This document shows, in pieces, positions 45,739 to 55,854 of a stretch of DNA of 64,000 bases (its first letter is position 1; every line of letters starts with the position of its first letter). The notes beneath the pieces were generated by a model that saw nothing but the letters and a program-made list of their open reading frames with translations, had not been told where the DNA came from and did not search any database. The stretch lies in IMG/VR virus record IMGVR_UViG_3300025018_000091. One strand, given 5' to 3'. The position numbers and the translations under genes are program-made. The DNA is from a virus (Duplodnaviria; Caudoviricetes).

Positions 45739-46286
45739 TAGGAATGATAGCAGCAGCTTCAATTAATGGAGTAATTGGTGTAAATAACAAACTACCATTT
45801 CATTATCCAGATGATATGCGACATTTTAGAGAAACAACTGCAGATTCAGTTATTATTATGGGTCGCAAAACCTTTGAAAGTATTGGTAAAGCTTTGCCAA
45901 AACGAGAAAATATCGTTATCACGTCTCAAAACTTAGAAATTCCTCGCGTGACGTGTTGCTCGTCGGTAGCCCAGGCGCTTCTTAACGAAAGTATAAAAAT
46001 ACGTGAACAGTCTATAAACATATGGTTCATCGGAGGCGCTAGCATATATCAAGAAGGAATGTTATATGCAGATGAAATTCATTTAACATTAACTCCCGAT
46101 TATATCGAGGAGAAAAACGTTGTAAAATTTCCATTCATTAATCCATTAATGTTTGAATTGTGTGGATATACACAATTGTCTGACCCACCAAGCGAAAAAC
46201 TTGTGTGTGCTGTATACAAACGTAAAAAACAAAATCATTATTATGAAAAAGTCATTAGCGAAACTAAGATTAACAAAGATATCTAG
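45735..46286 (+). CDS. folA: dihydrofolate reductase
   Basis: IAA....VIG.NNKLP, D..HFRETT, IMGRKTFESIG..LP.RENIVIT, IGGASIY. Confidence 0.95.
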   Translation: MIGMIAAASINGVIGVNNKLPFHYPDDMRHFRETTADSVIIMGRKTFESIGKALPKRENIVITSQNLEIPRVTCCSSVAQALLNESIKIREQSINIWFIGGASIYQEGMLYADEIHLTLTPDYIEEKNVVKFPFINPLMFELCGYTQLSDPPSEKLVCAVYKRKKQNHYYEKVISETKINKDI

Positions 46287-46536
46287 ACGACCTAGACCTG
46301 TAAAAGGAACTGAATGGAGAACGCCTACCATTGAACAGTATAATGGTAGCGTTTGGACAGTTAGATGCGTCTTTTTAGAAAAATTAACAGATGAGAATAC
46401 AGCAATGGTAGAAGTTCAATGCTTCGAGGAGGCAGAACCATTCATACATGTTCCCAGCAAAATTATAAAGTTGTTTACTGGGACTTATGACAAACCATAT
46501 GACTGCTCGTGTGAGATAATCAAAGAGATTTCGTAA
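46243..46536 (+). CDS. hypothetical protein
   Basis: Start MKKSLAK. Confidence 0.55.
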   Translation: MKKSLAKLRLTKISRRPRPVKGTEWRTPTIEQYNGSVWTVRCVFLEKLTDENTAMVEVQCFEEAEPFIHVPSKIIKLFTGTYDKPYDCSCEIIKEIS

Positions 46537-47251
46537 TATTATAATACATATCAGCAAATTTTTCTAAACTATTTATTTTATGAGACAGAGTTTTTCTATT
46601 CTGATTTGCAAGATGCCTGCTTACATCAAATGAGCGGGTTTTTTTTTCGTCTTCATCTGATAACCACATCTTATCATCTTTTTTTGGAAGAGAATATGGT
46701 GGTACCATGATATAATCAGCTGGGTTTTTAGGAACCCCATTAATTCTAATCTCAAAGTGAATATGAGGGTAGGTTCCTTTTGCATTACCACTATCACCTA
46801 CCGTTCCTAAAACGGTACTTTTATCAACATGTTGACCAGGGTATACAGAAATAGTGCCCATGTGCATATAAGATGTTGTAAATCCTTCTGAAACGGATGG
46901 GTGTTTTATTTTCAGAATATTTCCACCTTTTGGAGCCGCCCCAACATTGGTAACAATTCCATCAGTGATAGGATATACTGGAGAACCACCAGCAATTCTT
47001 AAATCCACTCCATCATGTTTCCCTTTATGTCTTTCATCACCAACTCCAAATACTCCAGTACAATAATATGTGCCACGTATAGGATTTTGGAAATTGGTAA
47101 CTTCTGAGGTTAATTTCTTAGATTCAGGCTTCATGGATGATGGAGTTCCTCGCATATATTGTAACCAATCTTGCCATCCACTTGTTGGTGCCTTCTTATC
47201 TTTTGAAACAAGAGAAATTACTTGGCTCAATAGTTCATCTGGAGTAATCAT
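46520..47251 (-). CDS. M23 family metallopeptidase (peptidoglycan hydrolase candidate)
   Basis: HDGVDL (HxxxD), G.PVYP...G.V, YMHM, GDSGNA..PHIHFEI (HxH). Confidence 0.9.
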   Translation of the reverse strand: MITPDELLSQVISLVSKDKKAPTSGWQDWLQYMRGTPSSMKPESKKLTSEVTNFQNPIRGTYYCTGVFGVGDERHKGKHDGVDLRIAGGSPVYPITDGIVTNVGAAPKGGNILKIKHPSVSEGFTTSYMHMGTISVYPGQHVDKSTVLGTVGDSGNAKGTYPHIHFEIRINGVPKNPADYIMVPPYSLPKKDDKMWLSDEDEKKTRSFDVSRHLANQNRKTLSHKINSLEKFADMYYNITKSL

Positions 47252-47281
47252 AGAAATATGCTTTATTATGGGCATAGAAAC

Positions 47282-47316
47282 AAAAAAAAAAAAAAAGGCA
47301 GCCGGTTAGAGCTGCC
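47282..47316 (-). terminator. intrinsic terminator
   Basis: GGCAGC-N8-GCTGCC followed by a 15-T run on the minus strand. Confidence 0.85.
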
Positions 47317-47337
47317 ATTTACAAAAACGTTTAATTA

Positions 47338-47814
47338 TTAGACTTCTTCGTAATAATATACGCTGGTTCCAGTTTTAATCATTTGTTTATCTAATAGTTG
47401 AGGTAATTCTGGTATCAAATCTACTAATAACATAGAGACGTGTACAGATGCTTTTTCATATTTTGCCATATCATTTACCTTTTTTAGGCAAACTTCTAAA
47501 GCTTCTAGGTCTGTTTGAAGCTCTTCTGTCTGGCAAAGCATATGAAGTACCCAGGTATCACTTTGTACTGCGGTTGTATTAATAGCGCCTAATTTATAAG
47601 CTCCTGTCTTTGTAGCAAACCAACCACGACTTTCTTGCTTTACCTGTCTCCATTTCTTTTCAAAAATTGGGAACAATGGATTTTCAGGTTTTCCTGCCAT
47701 ATTGTTTACAGATAGCACAAATCTAAGACCTGCATTTTCTGGAGCTAGAATTGTGCCTTTAATAGTCTTAGTCTTACCTTGGGTTTGAAATCTGTTCATA
47801 TCTACGTTTGTCAT
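47338..47814 (-). CDS. macro-domain-like protein
   Basis: Pattern I.G.I...LG......V....WV..ML.Q....LEALE.CL.KV...A.....SVH resembles Poa1-like macro domains; catalytic motifs diverged. Confidence 0.55.
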   Translation of the reverse strand: MTNVDMNRFQTQGKTKTIKGTILAPENAGLRFVLSVNNMAGKPENPLFPIFEKKWRQVKQESRGWFATKTGAYKLGAINTTAVQSDTWVLHMLCQTEELQTDLEALEVCLKKVNDMAKYEKASVHVSMLLVDLIPELPQLLDKQMIKTGTSVYYYEEV

Positions 47815-47847
47815 ATTTTGTCCTTTATCTCCACAGATACGAATATA

Positions 47848-48528
47848 TCAATGCCTACGAGAATTTTCTTCGTCTTTTGGTTCTAAAATTATATCTCTTA
47901 TTTGTTGTAACATAGCTAAGCATTCTTTTTTAGAATTAATTTTATCTAAATCAAATTGAACTGCTCTAAATCCAAATTCTTTAGATACAAGTAAATTTTG
48001 TGATAAATCGTCTAGATATACACATCCAGTAAACTTGGGGTATCTTTGAAGGAAACTTTGATAATATAGGGATTGTGGCTTTCTGACGCCAATATCACAA
48101 CTAAAATGTCTAATTGCATGTTTGAAGATACCATGATGATGCATGTTAGTATATTCTGTATTAAAAAATCTATTTATCATTTGGGCATGATCTGTACCAA
48201 CATTTGATAATAAGGCAATATTAATCTGATTATCATCATCGTACATTTTTTCAAAGAAATCTAAAACACTCCAATCAAAAACTACAACTTCTTTATCCCA
48301 AATAGTTAAAATCTTGTCCATAATTACAGAAGATTTAATTTGAAATTCAGAAGCTAATACATCTTTCATATCTAACAAACCAACATCCCGCATCTTTTGT
48401 GAACGATTGACTCTTTGACCAACCTCCCATGTAGATATATTTGTTGCCTCTGATATTGCAAAAGTAAATTTTCTAAAATCTATTCTGCACAATACATTTC
48501 CCATATCTAAAGCTAAATATCTTTTCAT
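47848..48528 (-). CDS. HAD-superfamily hydrolase
   Basis: LALDMGNV motif I, LLSN motif II, RKP motif III, YLDD motif IV. Confidence 0.85.
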   Translation of the reverse strand: MKRYLALDMGNVLCRIDFRKFTFAISEATNISTWEVGQRVNRSQKMRDVGLLDMKDVLASEFQIKSSVIMDKILTIWDKEVVVFDWSVLDFFEKMYDDDNQINIALLSNVGTDHAQMINRFFNTEYTNMHHHGIFKHAIRHFSCDIGVRKPQSLYYQSFLQRYPKFTGCVYLDDLSQNLLVSKEFGFRAVQFDLDKINSKKECLAMLQQIRDIILEPKDEENSRRH

Positions 48529-49511
48529 ATATCTTCTATTCTTTCATGTAAAAATTTAATGTTTTCATCATATCTTGTATTAACTGATTTTGAAAAATTT
48601 AAATCACTATCTAAATCATAAATAATATCACTTAATCCAAAATGTTCTGATGCCAGACTGTTAATAATGCATTCTGTATCATTATAATCTATTGTAATTA
48701 AACTATATTTACCATTGTAGTATGCATCAGCCAATAAACTTGTTTGACCACTGCAAACAAATAAGTTTGCATTATATAGATTACATGTATATTCATCAAT
48801 ATTTGACATGTCTTTCAATATAATGTTAGGATAATCTTCATTACAATCTTCAGAAAAAATAATAGAGTCTGTGTATCTTTTTAGAAGACCAATGATATTT
48901 TTATTGGGTTGAATCATTCCTGCCACAATATTATGTTTACATATCACAGATGGTTTACCAATAGTATGATAAGGTCTTATCCATTCAAATTCTTCTTTTA
49001 ATTTCAAATCACTATTTGCATCTCCTAAATGAGAATATACAAAATTATAATTGGAATTATCAATCATATTCATAATCCTTTGATTATTTAGAGGAACTTT
49101 ATGAAATAGATAATAGAATCTTTTGAAGAGACCTAAGTTATATTTCTGTTCTTGTGGCAATGCAAAATTTAATAATGAAGAGCTGCATTGCCATAATGTA
49201 GTATTCAATACCATAGCAATATGAGATGTGAAATATTCACAGTCACTTATTATCAAATCAGGATTAAAACTTTTTACTTGATGAAAATATGTTTCAAAAT
49301 TTTCATTGTCTAATGATATATGCTCTGGTTTGAACATATTATAAAGACAATCTAAGGTCCAATCTATATTGATATTATTAGGACTGGATTTTTTATATGT
49401 GGCTATTTTTAATTGATGTGGCTGATTTTTTATTGCATCAACAAATCTCTCCAATTGGATTTTAGAATTAGTATGATTAGAACATGCATACAATATTTTT
49501 AATCTATCCAT
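48525..49511 (-). CDS. GT-B glycosyltransferase-like protein
   Basis: FNPDLIISDCEY and FVCSGQTSLLADA segments typical of GT-B/MJ1255-like proteins. Confidence 0.55.
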   Translation of the reverse strand: MDRLKILYACSNHTNSKIQLERFVDAIKNQPHQLKIATYKKSSPNNINIDWTLDCLYNMFKPEHISLDNENFETYFHQVKSFNPDLIISDCEYFTSHIAMVLNTTLWQCSSSLLNFALPQEQKYNLGLFKRFYYLFHKVPLNNQRIMNMIDNSNYNFVYSHLGDANSDLKLKEEFEWIRPYHTIGKPSVICKHNIVAGMIQPNKNIIGLLKRYTDSIIFSEDCNEDYPNIILKDMSNIDEYTCNLYNANLFVCSGQTSLLADAYYNGKYSLITIDYNDTECIINSLASEHFGLSDIIYDLDSDLNFSKSVNTRYDENIKFLHERIEDI

Positions 49512-50215
49512 GATTTATTGTTTTTTATTCTAGATATAGTATCTCTATGTACACCAAATAATACCGCAATTTTTTTATTAGAAACACCCCGCGTAATAAG
49601 ATATCTAATAATATTTACTTGTTCTTCAGTTAATTTAGCTGTAGCTAAACGATGTTCCTTACTTTTAGGAATACCTCTTTTAGATTGTGATATTTTATTG
49701 CAAAAATCTTGAGATCTTTTTCTGCCTTTTAATGGTGAGTTTTTATTTTGATTTGGATGTTTTCCTGGTTCATATTTATTGGTGAGAGATTTGGATATTT
49801 TTTCTTTTATATCTTCAGGTGTTGATTTACCTTTATTCCAAGGATCTTTTCCCAAATGCGCTTCAGATATTTTACGTCTAGCCTCTTTAGACATTTTATG
49901 TCCAGAAGTTCCGTCACCACCATCAGTTAAATTGTATAGGCAGTATCCATCATTCTTTAATTTTAGAATCCATTCTTGTTCAAGAGCAAATGCAATATTT
50001 TCTTCTACAATATCATCTACTATAGATGTTAATAAAAAATTATCATACCCATATTTATTTAAGGCAGCATGTAAATAATAATATGAATTTGGATATTTTG
50101 TTTTTCCACCTCTAGCGATTTTTAAGTGATCTCTAAATCTATCATGTAAATTTTTAGTTTTACCAACATAAATTTTACCATTTATTGTATTTATTAAAAA
50201 ATATATGCAATACAT
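49499..50215 (-). mobile_element. free-standing GIY-YIG homing endonuclease with NUMOD3 repeats and C-terminal HTH
   Basis: CIYFLINTINGKIYVGKT..R...H, YNLTDGGDG, HKMSKEARRKIS, PWNKGK, IAVLFGVHRDTISRIK. Confidence 0.9.
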
Positions 50216-50288
50216 ATTATATTACAATAATATTGATAGAAGCAGCAAGCGCCATAATTATTTGATGCCGCATATAATATCTTTAATT

Positions 50289-50897
50289 TCATCCAGTTAC
50301 AGTAGTTTTCATAAAATCTAAAATATCTTTAAAGTATTTTACTTGTTTCATAAAGAGTTCTTTAGTGGCTTTAGTATCTGATGCGGCTGTATGAGCTTTA
50401 TCATTTTTGATACCATACTTTTTGATAATAGTATTTAGATTATAGTAATTTTCAAAATCACCTTTACAATAATCTAAAAATAGCTCAATAACCATTGTAT
50501 CCATATAGCGTCTACCAAATGGATAAGTATCTTTTGAATTACATTTAATCCAAAGTTGTTCTAATCGTTCTAAGTCGAATGAAACATTATGACCGACACA
50601 TAGCCTTTGTCCAGATGGAACGCCATCTTCCATCAACCAATTTTCTATATCAACGATAGCATTATTAGCATTTTTATAAAGCTCCCTGCCTTCCTTAGTC
50701 TCATGTCTTAAATCTTCTAATTTATGACCATTGATTCTAAGAGCTGCGGGTTCGTAGTTTTCGGGATTCGTCGGTTGAATAAGCCATGTTTTTTGAGCGT
50801 CATCGTTTAATCTGTATAAAGATAATTCAATGACGTCATATTTATGAGAATCTAATCCTGTCGTTTCTGTGTCTAATACGTAAATGGTATAATCCAT
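50289..50897 (-). CDS. DEDDh 3'-5' exonuclease (DnaQ-like), second copy
   Basis: LDTETTG, GHNVSFD, AHTAASD. Confidence 0.9.
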   Translation of the reverse strand: MDYTIYVLDTETTGLDSHKYDVIELSLYRLNDDAQKTWLIQPTNPENYEPAALRINGHKLEDLRHETKEGRELYKNANNAIVDIENWLMEDGVPSGQRLCVGHNVSFDLERLEQLWIKCNSKDTYPFGRRYMDTMVIELFLDYCKGDFENYYNLNTIIKKYGIKNDKAHTAASDTKATKELFMKQVKYFKDILDFMKTTVTG

Positions 50898-50950
50898 AAA
50901 AATCTCCTAAGCGTGTGCTCAGGTATAAACTAATACTTAAAAATAACACG

Positions 50951-51364
50951 TCAAGTGTCGGAATTTATTTTATTTCGTATTTCTGTTTTCAAGTGATTAA
51001 ATGAATTGATGCCACTTTTATATTGAGAAATTAAGAAACTAACACCATCAACTGTTCTAAGAAATGCTTTTTCTTTTTTAGTTAACTTTGTTCCTTCTAC
51101 AACAAACATTACCTTACTATTTTCAAAAATCTTCCATCTTTCTCCATCATTTGGTAATGAATATCTTTTTACTCTAATAATCTTTTCAGCAACATCATCT
51201 TCTTCATGAAAAAGATCATATTCAAATTTACTAAGATTATACTTTAAGTTTTGATCTTTGAATTCATTTTCCACGGTTGGATCTACAGGTTTATTTGTCA
51301 TTATTCTCTCTAAAGTTTTAAAATCAAGTTTAATAGGATTTTGTAGAAAATTACCACACATCAT
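50951..51364 (-). CDS. hypothetical protein
   Basis: 137-aa ORF, ATGA overlap. Confidence 0.7.
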   Translation of the reverse strand: MMCGNFLQNPIKLDFKTLERIMTNKPVDPTVENEFKDQNLKYNLSKFEYDLFHEEDDVAEKIIRVKRYSLPNDGERWKIFENSKVMFVVEGTKLTKKEKAFLRTVDGVSFLISQYKSGINSFNHLKTEIRNKINSDT

Positions 51365-52572
51365 TTACACACCATATCGGCGGCGATTATGCCAGTAGTC
51401 GCTGCGGATAATATACCATGTATTCCAGCACTTTCACCAACAACATACAATCCGTCCACTTCGGTTTCTAGATTTGTTCCAATATTAATTTTAGGAGCCA
51501 TAGGTGTTATGGTTGGAACATGAAAATAAGCCTTTGTAGAAATATCTGGGATAATATTAGAAATTTCTAAAATTGTTTCTTTAAGCCATTCATATTCAGG
51601 TATAATAGAAATTTTACTTTTACCAGCAAGTATCGTAGATATTCTTTCTTTTATTATACGATCATTAGCTAATACAAAAGTTAATTTTCCAAGTCTATCT
51701 GTTTGTTCAAACCCATAATTAGGATATGTCCTATTGCCTATGATTGTAAAAGAAACCTTATCAGTTTTCCATCGATTTTCATTAGAACGAAATGCTGATA
51801 TTGCCATATCTAAATGATCTTCTGGAATTACAGTTCCATTCCAATTAAATGGTCCAATAGTTAATTTATCATCTTTAGTAATTGTGCATGTAGATTTGTT
51901 AAGCTCTTTCAATATACCAGAACTCATTTCTGCTCTAATTCCAAATCTGGCGATATCATTGCTATCTATTATACCAAAATTAGTATATAGCTCTTTAGCC
52001 CATCTCCAACCACTACGCCCAACTGCAAATATTATCTTTTTACACTTAAACTCTGCCTCTTCTGTAGAAACTATAAACATAGATTTATTCTTATATATAT
52101 TCTCTACTTCCATATCAAATGCATATGTAATATTATTGTTCTGTTCAATTATTTCTGACATATATTTAGATAAAGCATGAATATCTTTAGGATATACTTG
52201 ATAATGATCATTAAGAGATATAGAATATCCATTCTTCTTTAATCTCTTATTAAAAGCTACTGAAGGAGACTTATCCTTAATTAGCTTAAAATTATCAATA
52301 TTTGATATTGTCTTATTAAAATAATTATAAGCAGACTTAGATTTTCGGACACCAACTAATTCAGATACTTTGGATAAATCATTAAGATATAATTTACCAT
52401 CACTATTTGGTAAACAGCCTAACCAGCCCTCAAGTTGACGACGACGTTTCATTGGAGGGCGACCCAAATCAAATAGAATCGCTTTAACATTCTTATGTTC
52501 CTGTGCTAATCGCAATGCAGCAAAGGAACCTGCAACGCCTGCGCCAATAATACCAACATCATAGTTATTCAT
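51361..52572 (-). CDS. FAD-dependent oxidoreductase
   Basis: YDVGIIGAGVAG Rossmann motif, IFAVGRSG, TEVDGLYVVGESAG. Confidence 0.85.
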   Translation of the reverse strand: MNNYDVGIIGAGVAGSFAALRLAQEHKNVKAILFDLGRPPMKRRRQLEGWLGCLPNSDGKLYLNDLSKVSELVGVRKSKSAYNYFNKTISNIDNFKLIKDKSPSVAFNKRLKKNGYSISLNDHYQVYPKDIHALSKYMSEIIEQNNNITYAFDMEVENIYKNKSMFIVSTEEAEFKCKKIIFAVGRSGWRWAKELYTNFGIIDSNDIARFGIRAEMSSGILKELNKSTCTITKDDKLTIGPFNWNGTVIPEDHLDMAISAFRSNENRWKTDKVSFTIIGNRTYPNYGFEQTDRLGKLTFVLANDRIIKERISTILAGKSKISIIPEYEWLKETILEISNIIPDISTKAYFHVPTITPMAPKINIGTNLETEVDGLYVVGESAGIHGILSAATTGIIAADMVCK

Positions 52573-52611
52573 ATATAATACCCACTACAGACCACTGTAA
52601 CGAATATTATA

Positions 52612-53277
52612 TCATGACTGTTCTGTTATTTCAATACGATTAATTAAATCATCTATTATCTTGAATATAGGATCCTCATATGGATGCTTATTCGCTTTAA
52701 TATTTGCTACAGCTTCATTAAATTGTTTGTTTATATCGGGAAAAATCCACATAAAATAGTATGATGAACTTTTGAATTCAGACACAAAAGAATCCTTTGC
52801 TTTATCTAAATAAGGAATAAAATTCATCTTTTCAGAAAGTTTTTGAATAGCATATAATGAAACCATATATGCTCTTCTTTCAAAATACATTCTAAAATAA
52901 GCTGGTAATGGACATAAACTTAATATAGATAATATAAGGGCAATCTTCCAACTAATAAAAAATAAAGGCACAGCAACTAATAATAATGTAATTGGAAATA
53001 AATACAGCAAACTATATACAATCTTATTGTATTTTTCTGCATCATATATATGGACCAACTCGTGTAAAAATATTGTTATGGCAGAGTCAGGTCTTGTTTT
53101 AACAAACTTTTCATTGGGAAAATATATTGTATTCCCAATGGTAGTTGTATAGCTTGTCATAAATCTTTTATTGAAAAACAATATATAACCTAATAGTTTT
53201 ATAAAGGTAGAGCTATCCTTATATTTGATTTTCAAATCAGGAAAGTATTGTTTTGCGTTTCGTATTAATGAATCCAT
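52612..53277 (-). CDS. HExxH putative zinc metallopeptidase with membrane segment
   Basis: FLHELVHIYD, hydrophobic stretch, FERRAY. Confidence 0.6.
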   Translation of the reverse strand: MDSLIRNAKQYFPDLKIKYKDSSTFIKLLGYILFFNKRFMTSYTTTIGNTIYFPNEKFVKTRPDSAITIFLHELVHIYDAEKYNKIVYSLLYLFPITLLLVAVPLFFISWKIALILSILSLCPLPAYFRMYFERRAYMVSLYAIQKLSEKMNFIPYLDKAKDSFVSEFKSSSYYFMWIFPDINKQFNEAVANIKANKHPYEDPIFKIIDDLINRIEITEQS

Positions 53278-53281
53278 GATA

Positions 53282-53809
53282 TCACACTTCCATTGTTTGA
53301 ATTGGTAGGGTGTATGGTTTTATTCCTTGATATGATTGGTTATTTGCTTTTAATTGGTTATTAATGGTGTCAACTCTTTGCTGCATTGTTACACCTATTA
53401 TTGATTTATAAAGAGAATCTAATGCAGTACTTATTGCAGGCTTTAAAGATTCAGGCTCAACATCTAATGTAAAATAAACATTTTTATTTGCAAGATCAGC
53501 AGTTCCAGTTAAATTCATAGATACTGGCTCTCCTTGAGAATCATTTGCAGCTTTTGCAATTAAAATGCCTATTGGTCCTTCTCCCATAGTCTTAACATAT
53601 GTTATTTTATCTTCAGGATTGTTACTTTGTTTATCTTGTTCTGTTACCTCCGCGCCTTTCCAAACCCTACCCATACTTTTAATAAATTGTTCTTGTTTGC
53701 CTGCGATATTGGTAAAAAATATAGTAGATGCTGATAGTTCTTGTGCATATTTTCTTAATTTTACTTCAAATTTACTAGCTAATTTAACTATTTTCCCCGA
53801 ATATTTCAT
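53282..53809 (-). CDS. putative virion protein with propeptide
   Basis: KIVKLASKFEVKLRKYAQ. Confidence 0.65.
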   Translation of the reverse strand: MKYSGKIVKLASKFEVKLRKYAQELSASTIFFTNIAGKQEQFIKSMGRVWKGAEVTEQDKQSNNPEDKITYVKTMGEGPIGILIAKAANDSQGEPVSMNLTGTADLANKNVYFTLDVEPESLKPAISTALDSLYKSIIGVTMQQRVDTINNQLKANNQSYQGIKPYTLPIQTMEV

Positions 53810-54561
53810 TATGTTCCTCGTCTATTTTGCAAATCAGCAATTAATTTATTTCTTATTGTATCAGTAACACTAGAATTATAAATATGCATTTCTGCTAATC
53901 TTAATTCACATGCATCACCAGTAGTTCCCCATCCACCAATTACAAATTTATCAAAATTACAATAATAATAAGTTGAGCTGTAATCAGTGAAATCATAGCT
54001 CATTTCAACACCATCAACCCACATACGATGCGTACTTCCAGAAAATTCTACAACCAAATTATGTCTATTTCCATCAGCAATAAGTGGAGTGCCATAACGC
54101 CTAACATAACGAGAACTCGTACTAAAACTATATTCACAACGAAATATATCAGTTTGTACAGTATATATTTTTCTAGGCGCTAAATGTACTGGATAATTAT
54201 TTCCTGTTCCAGCTGTAAATCCCCATGGCGTATCAGCTACTCCTGTGCTTAATATTTGAACTTTAGCAGTTATTAAAAAACTTTTTTTGTTTCCTGAAAC
54301 GCGAGGACCCCAGCCATTAGCTTGTAAACTATGACCATTTATATGAATAGATGGTCCACTATCACCACCCCATCCAGTAGGCTCATATGTAGCATTAGTG
54401 CTAAATTGAATTAAATCTTCAGTACCCTGTTCATCTGATACGCTAACAACAGTTGATCCACTAACAGTAGCATTTTCAGCAAACCAATGCGATTGAATAA
54501 ATCCAGGCACAACATATGCAGGAGGCGGTGGTGCCGATGACTTTACAAAATTAATTATCAT
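53809..54561 (-). CDS. LamG / concanavalin-like beta-sandwich virion protein
   Basis: W.A.......V....D...., RHNLVVEF....MWVDGVE, FVIGG, LAEMHIYN. Confidence 0.65.
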   Translation of the reverse strand: MIINFVKSSAPPPPAYVVPGFIQSHWFAENATVSGSTVVSVSDEQGTEDLIQFSTNATYEPTGWGGDSGPSIHINGHSLQANGWGPRVSGNKKSFLITAKVQILSTGVADTPWGFTAGTGNNYPVHLAPRKIYTVQTDIFRCEYSFSTSSRYVRRYGTPLIADGNRHNLVVEFSGSTHRMWVDGVEMSYDFTDYSSTYYYCNFDKFVIGGWGTTGDACELRLAEMHIYNSSVTDTIRNKLIADLQNRRGT

Positions 54562-54562
54562 T

Positions 54563-55786
54563 TTACTCCAATACAAATATTAAGTTAACAGTTAAATCGT
54601 AATTCAATGATGTATAAGAATATCCCGTATTTGATATATCAATACGATCGCCTGGAAGAATTTCCGTTCTTAATGGATTTACATTATTATTTAATGATTC
54701 ATTATAATGACTTGTATTAAGTTCCATAGTTGATAGCAAAAAATCATTTCCATTTATTTGGATATTAATTCTTGGATAATAAGAACTATTAGCATATACA
54801 TTTTGAGATCTGATCTCACAATAAATTAATCTAGCTGTAGGACTTCCCCATCTTATTCCACTATACATTCCTAAAAAGGCTGATAAAATGCCAGCATCAG
54901 CGCCTGTGTGTCCTGATTCTGCATAAGCACCAGCTATAAAAATTGGCAAGAAGACTGTTCTAGTTGCTTGAGCATAATACACTTCAATTATATCACCAGC
55001 AACAGTACTTAAACTTGGTCCAGATACTTTAATACCCATGTCTCCAGGTGTATCATAATAATTCACAACAATATACCATTTAAAAAATTCTACAGTAAAT
55101 GTTTCAGTACCAAGTGGAGCGCTATTTACTCTTAATGTCCCAGTAATACCACTACCATTATCCCCAAGTATAGTTATATCCATGCCACCAGTATAACTAA
55201 ATTCTTCTGCATATAAAATTCTATTCGTTAATGCCGAATCATTATAACCGTCTAACATATATGTTGATCCAAGATTAACATATTTGAAATATATTTTTCC
55301 AGATTGGTCTAATAAACTGCCCGCTAATCCAACCAATGTATTATAACTATAAGAAATTCCAAAAGAAGTAGATGATGTAACGCCTTGTTTATCTAATACT
55401 CTTACAGCTATATTTTCTCTTAAATTGCGGCTTTGATTAGTTAATATAGTTAAATAATCAATATCTATAGCAGTAGTTTCAAAATCAGTATTGGCAATTA
55501 AAGGATTCCATTCAGGAGCACCAGTTGGACCAGCAGGACCAACAACCCCTGAATCTCCAGTAGCCCCAGTAGCCCCAGTAGCCCCAGTCGGACCTGTATC
55601 TCCATCAACACCATTAGTTCCTGCCGCCCCTGTAGCACCTGTTGGTCCTGTATCACCAGATAAACCTCTTTCACCTCTTGGTCCTTGGGTTCCAGTCGAA
55701 CCAGTAGCTCCAGTCGCTCCCCCTGCACTTGGAGTTACAGATGGAATACTTGTATTGTCATCAAAATCATATGGGTATTTTGTCAT
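54563..55786 (-). CDS. collagen-like tail fibre or virion protein
   Basis: G-X-Y repeats [28 protein letters not shown]... Confidence 0.8.
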   Translation of the reverse strand: MTKYPYDFDDNTSIPSVTPSAGGATGATGSTGTQGPRGERGLSGDTGPTGATGAAGTNGVDGDTGPTGATGATGATGDSGVVGPAGPTGAPEWNPLIANTDFETTAIDIDYLTILTNQSRNLRENIAVRVLDKQGVTSSTSFGISYSYNTLVGLAGSLLDQSGKIYFKYVNLGSTYMLDGYNDSALTNRILYAEEFSYTGGMDITILGDNGSGITGTLRVNSAPLGTETFTVEFFKWYIVVNYYDTPGDMGIKVSGPSLSTVAGDIIEVYYAQATRTVFLPIFIAGAYAESGHTGADAGILSAFLGMYSGIRWGSPTARLIYCEIRSQNVYANSSYYPRINIQINGNDFLLSTMELNTSHYNESLNNNVNPLRTEILPGDRIDISNTGYSYTSLNYDLTVNLIFVLE

Positions 55787-55854
55787 GTTAGTTACCTAAG
55801 ATGCATTCTCTATTAGAGTATACTAAACTTTTAGTATATTTACGAGGTTCTTAT

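Noticed and set aside
47282-47296. 15-A homopolymer as a phase-variation tract
   Set aside because: It is intergenic and directly follows a GC hairpin on the minus strand, so it is explained as a terminator U-tract; its length may also be a sequencing artefact.
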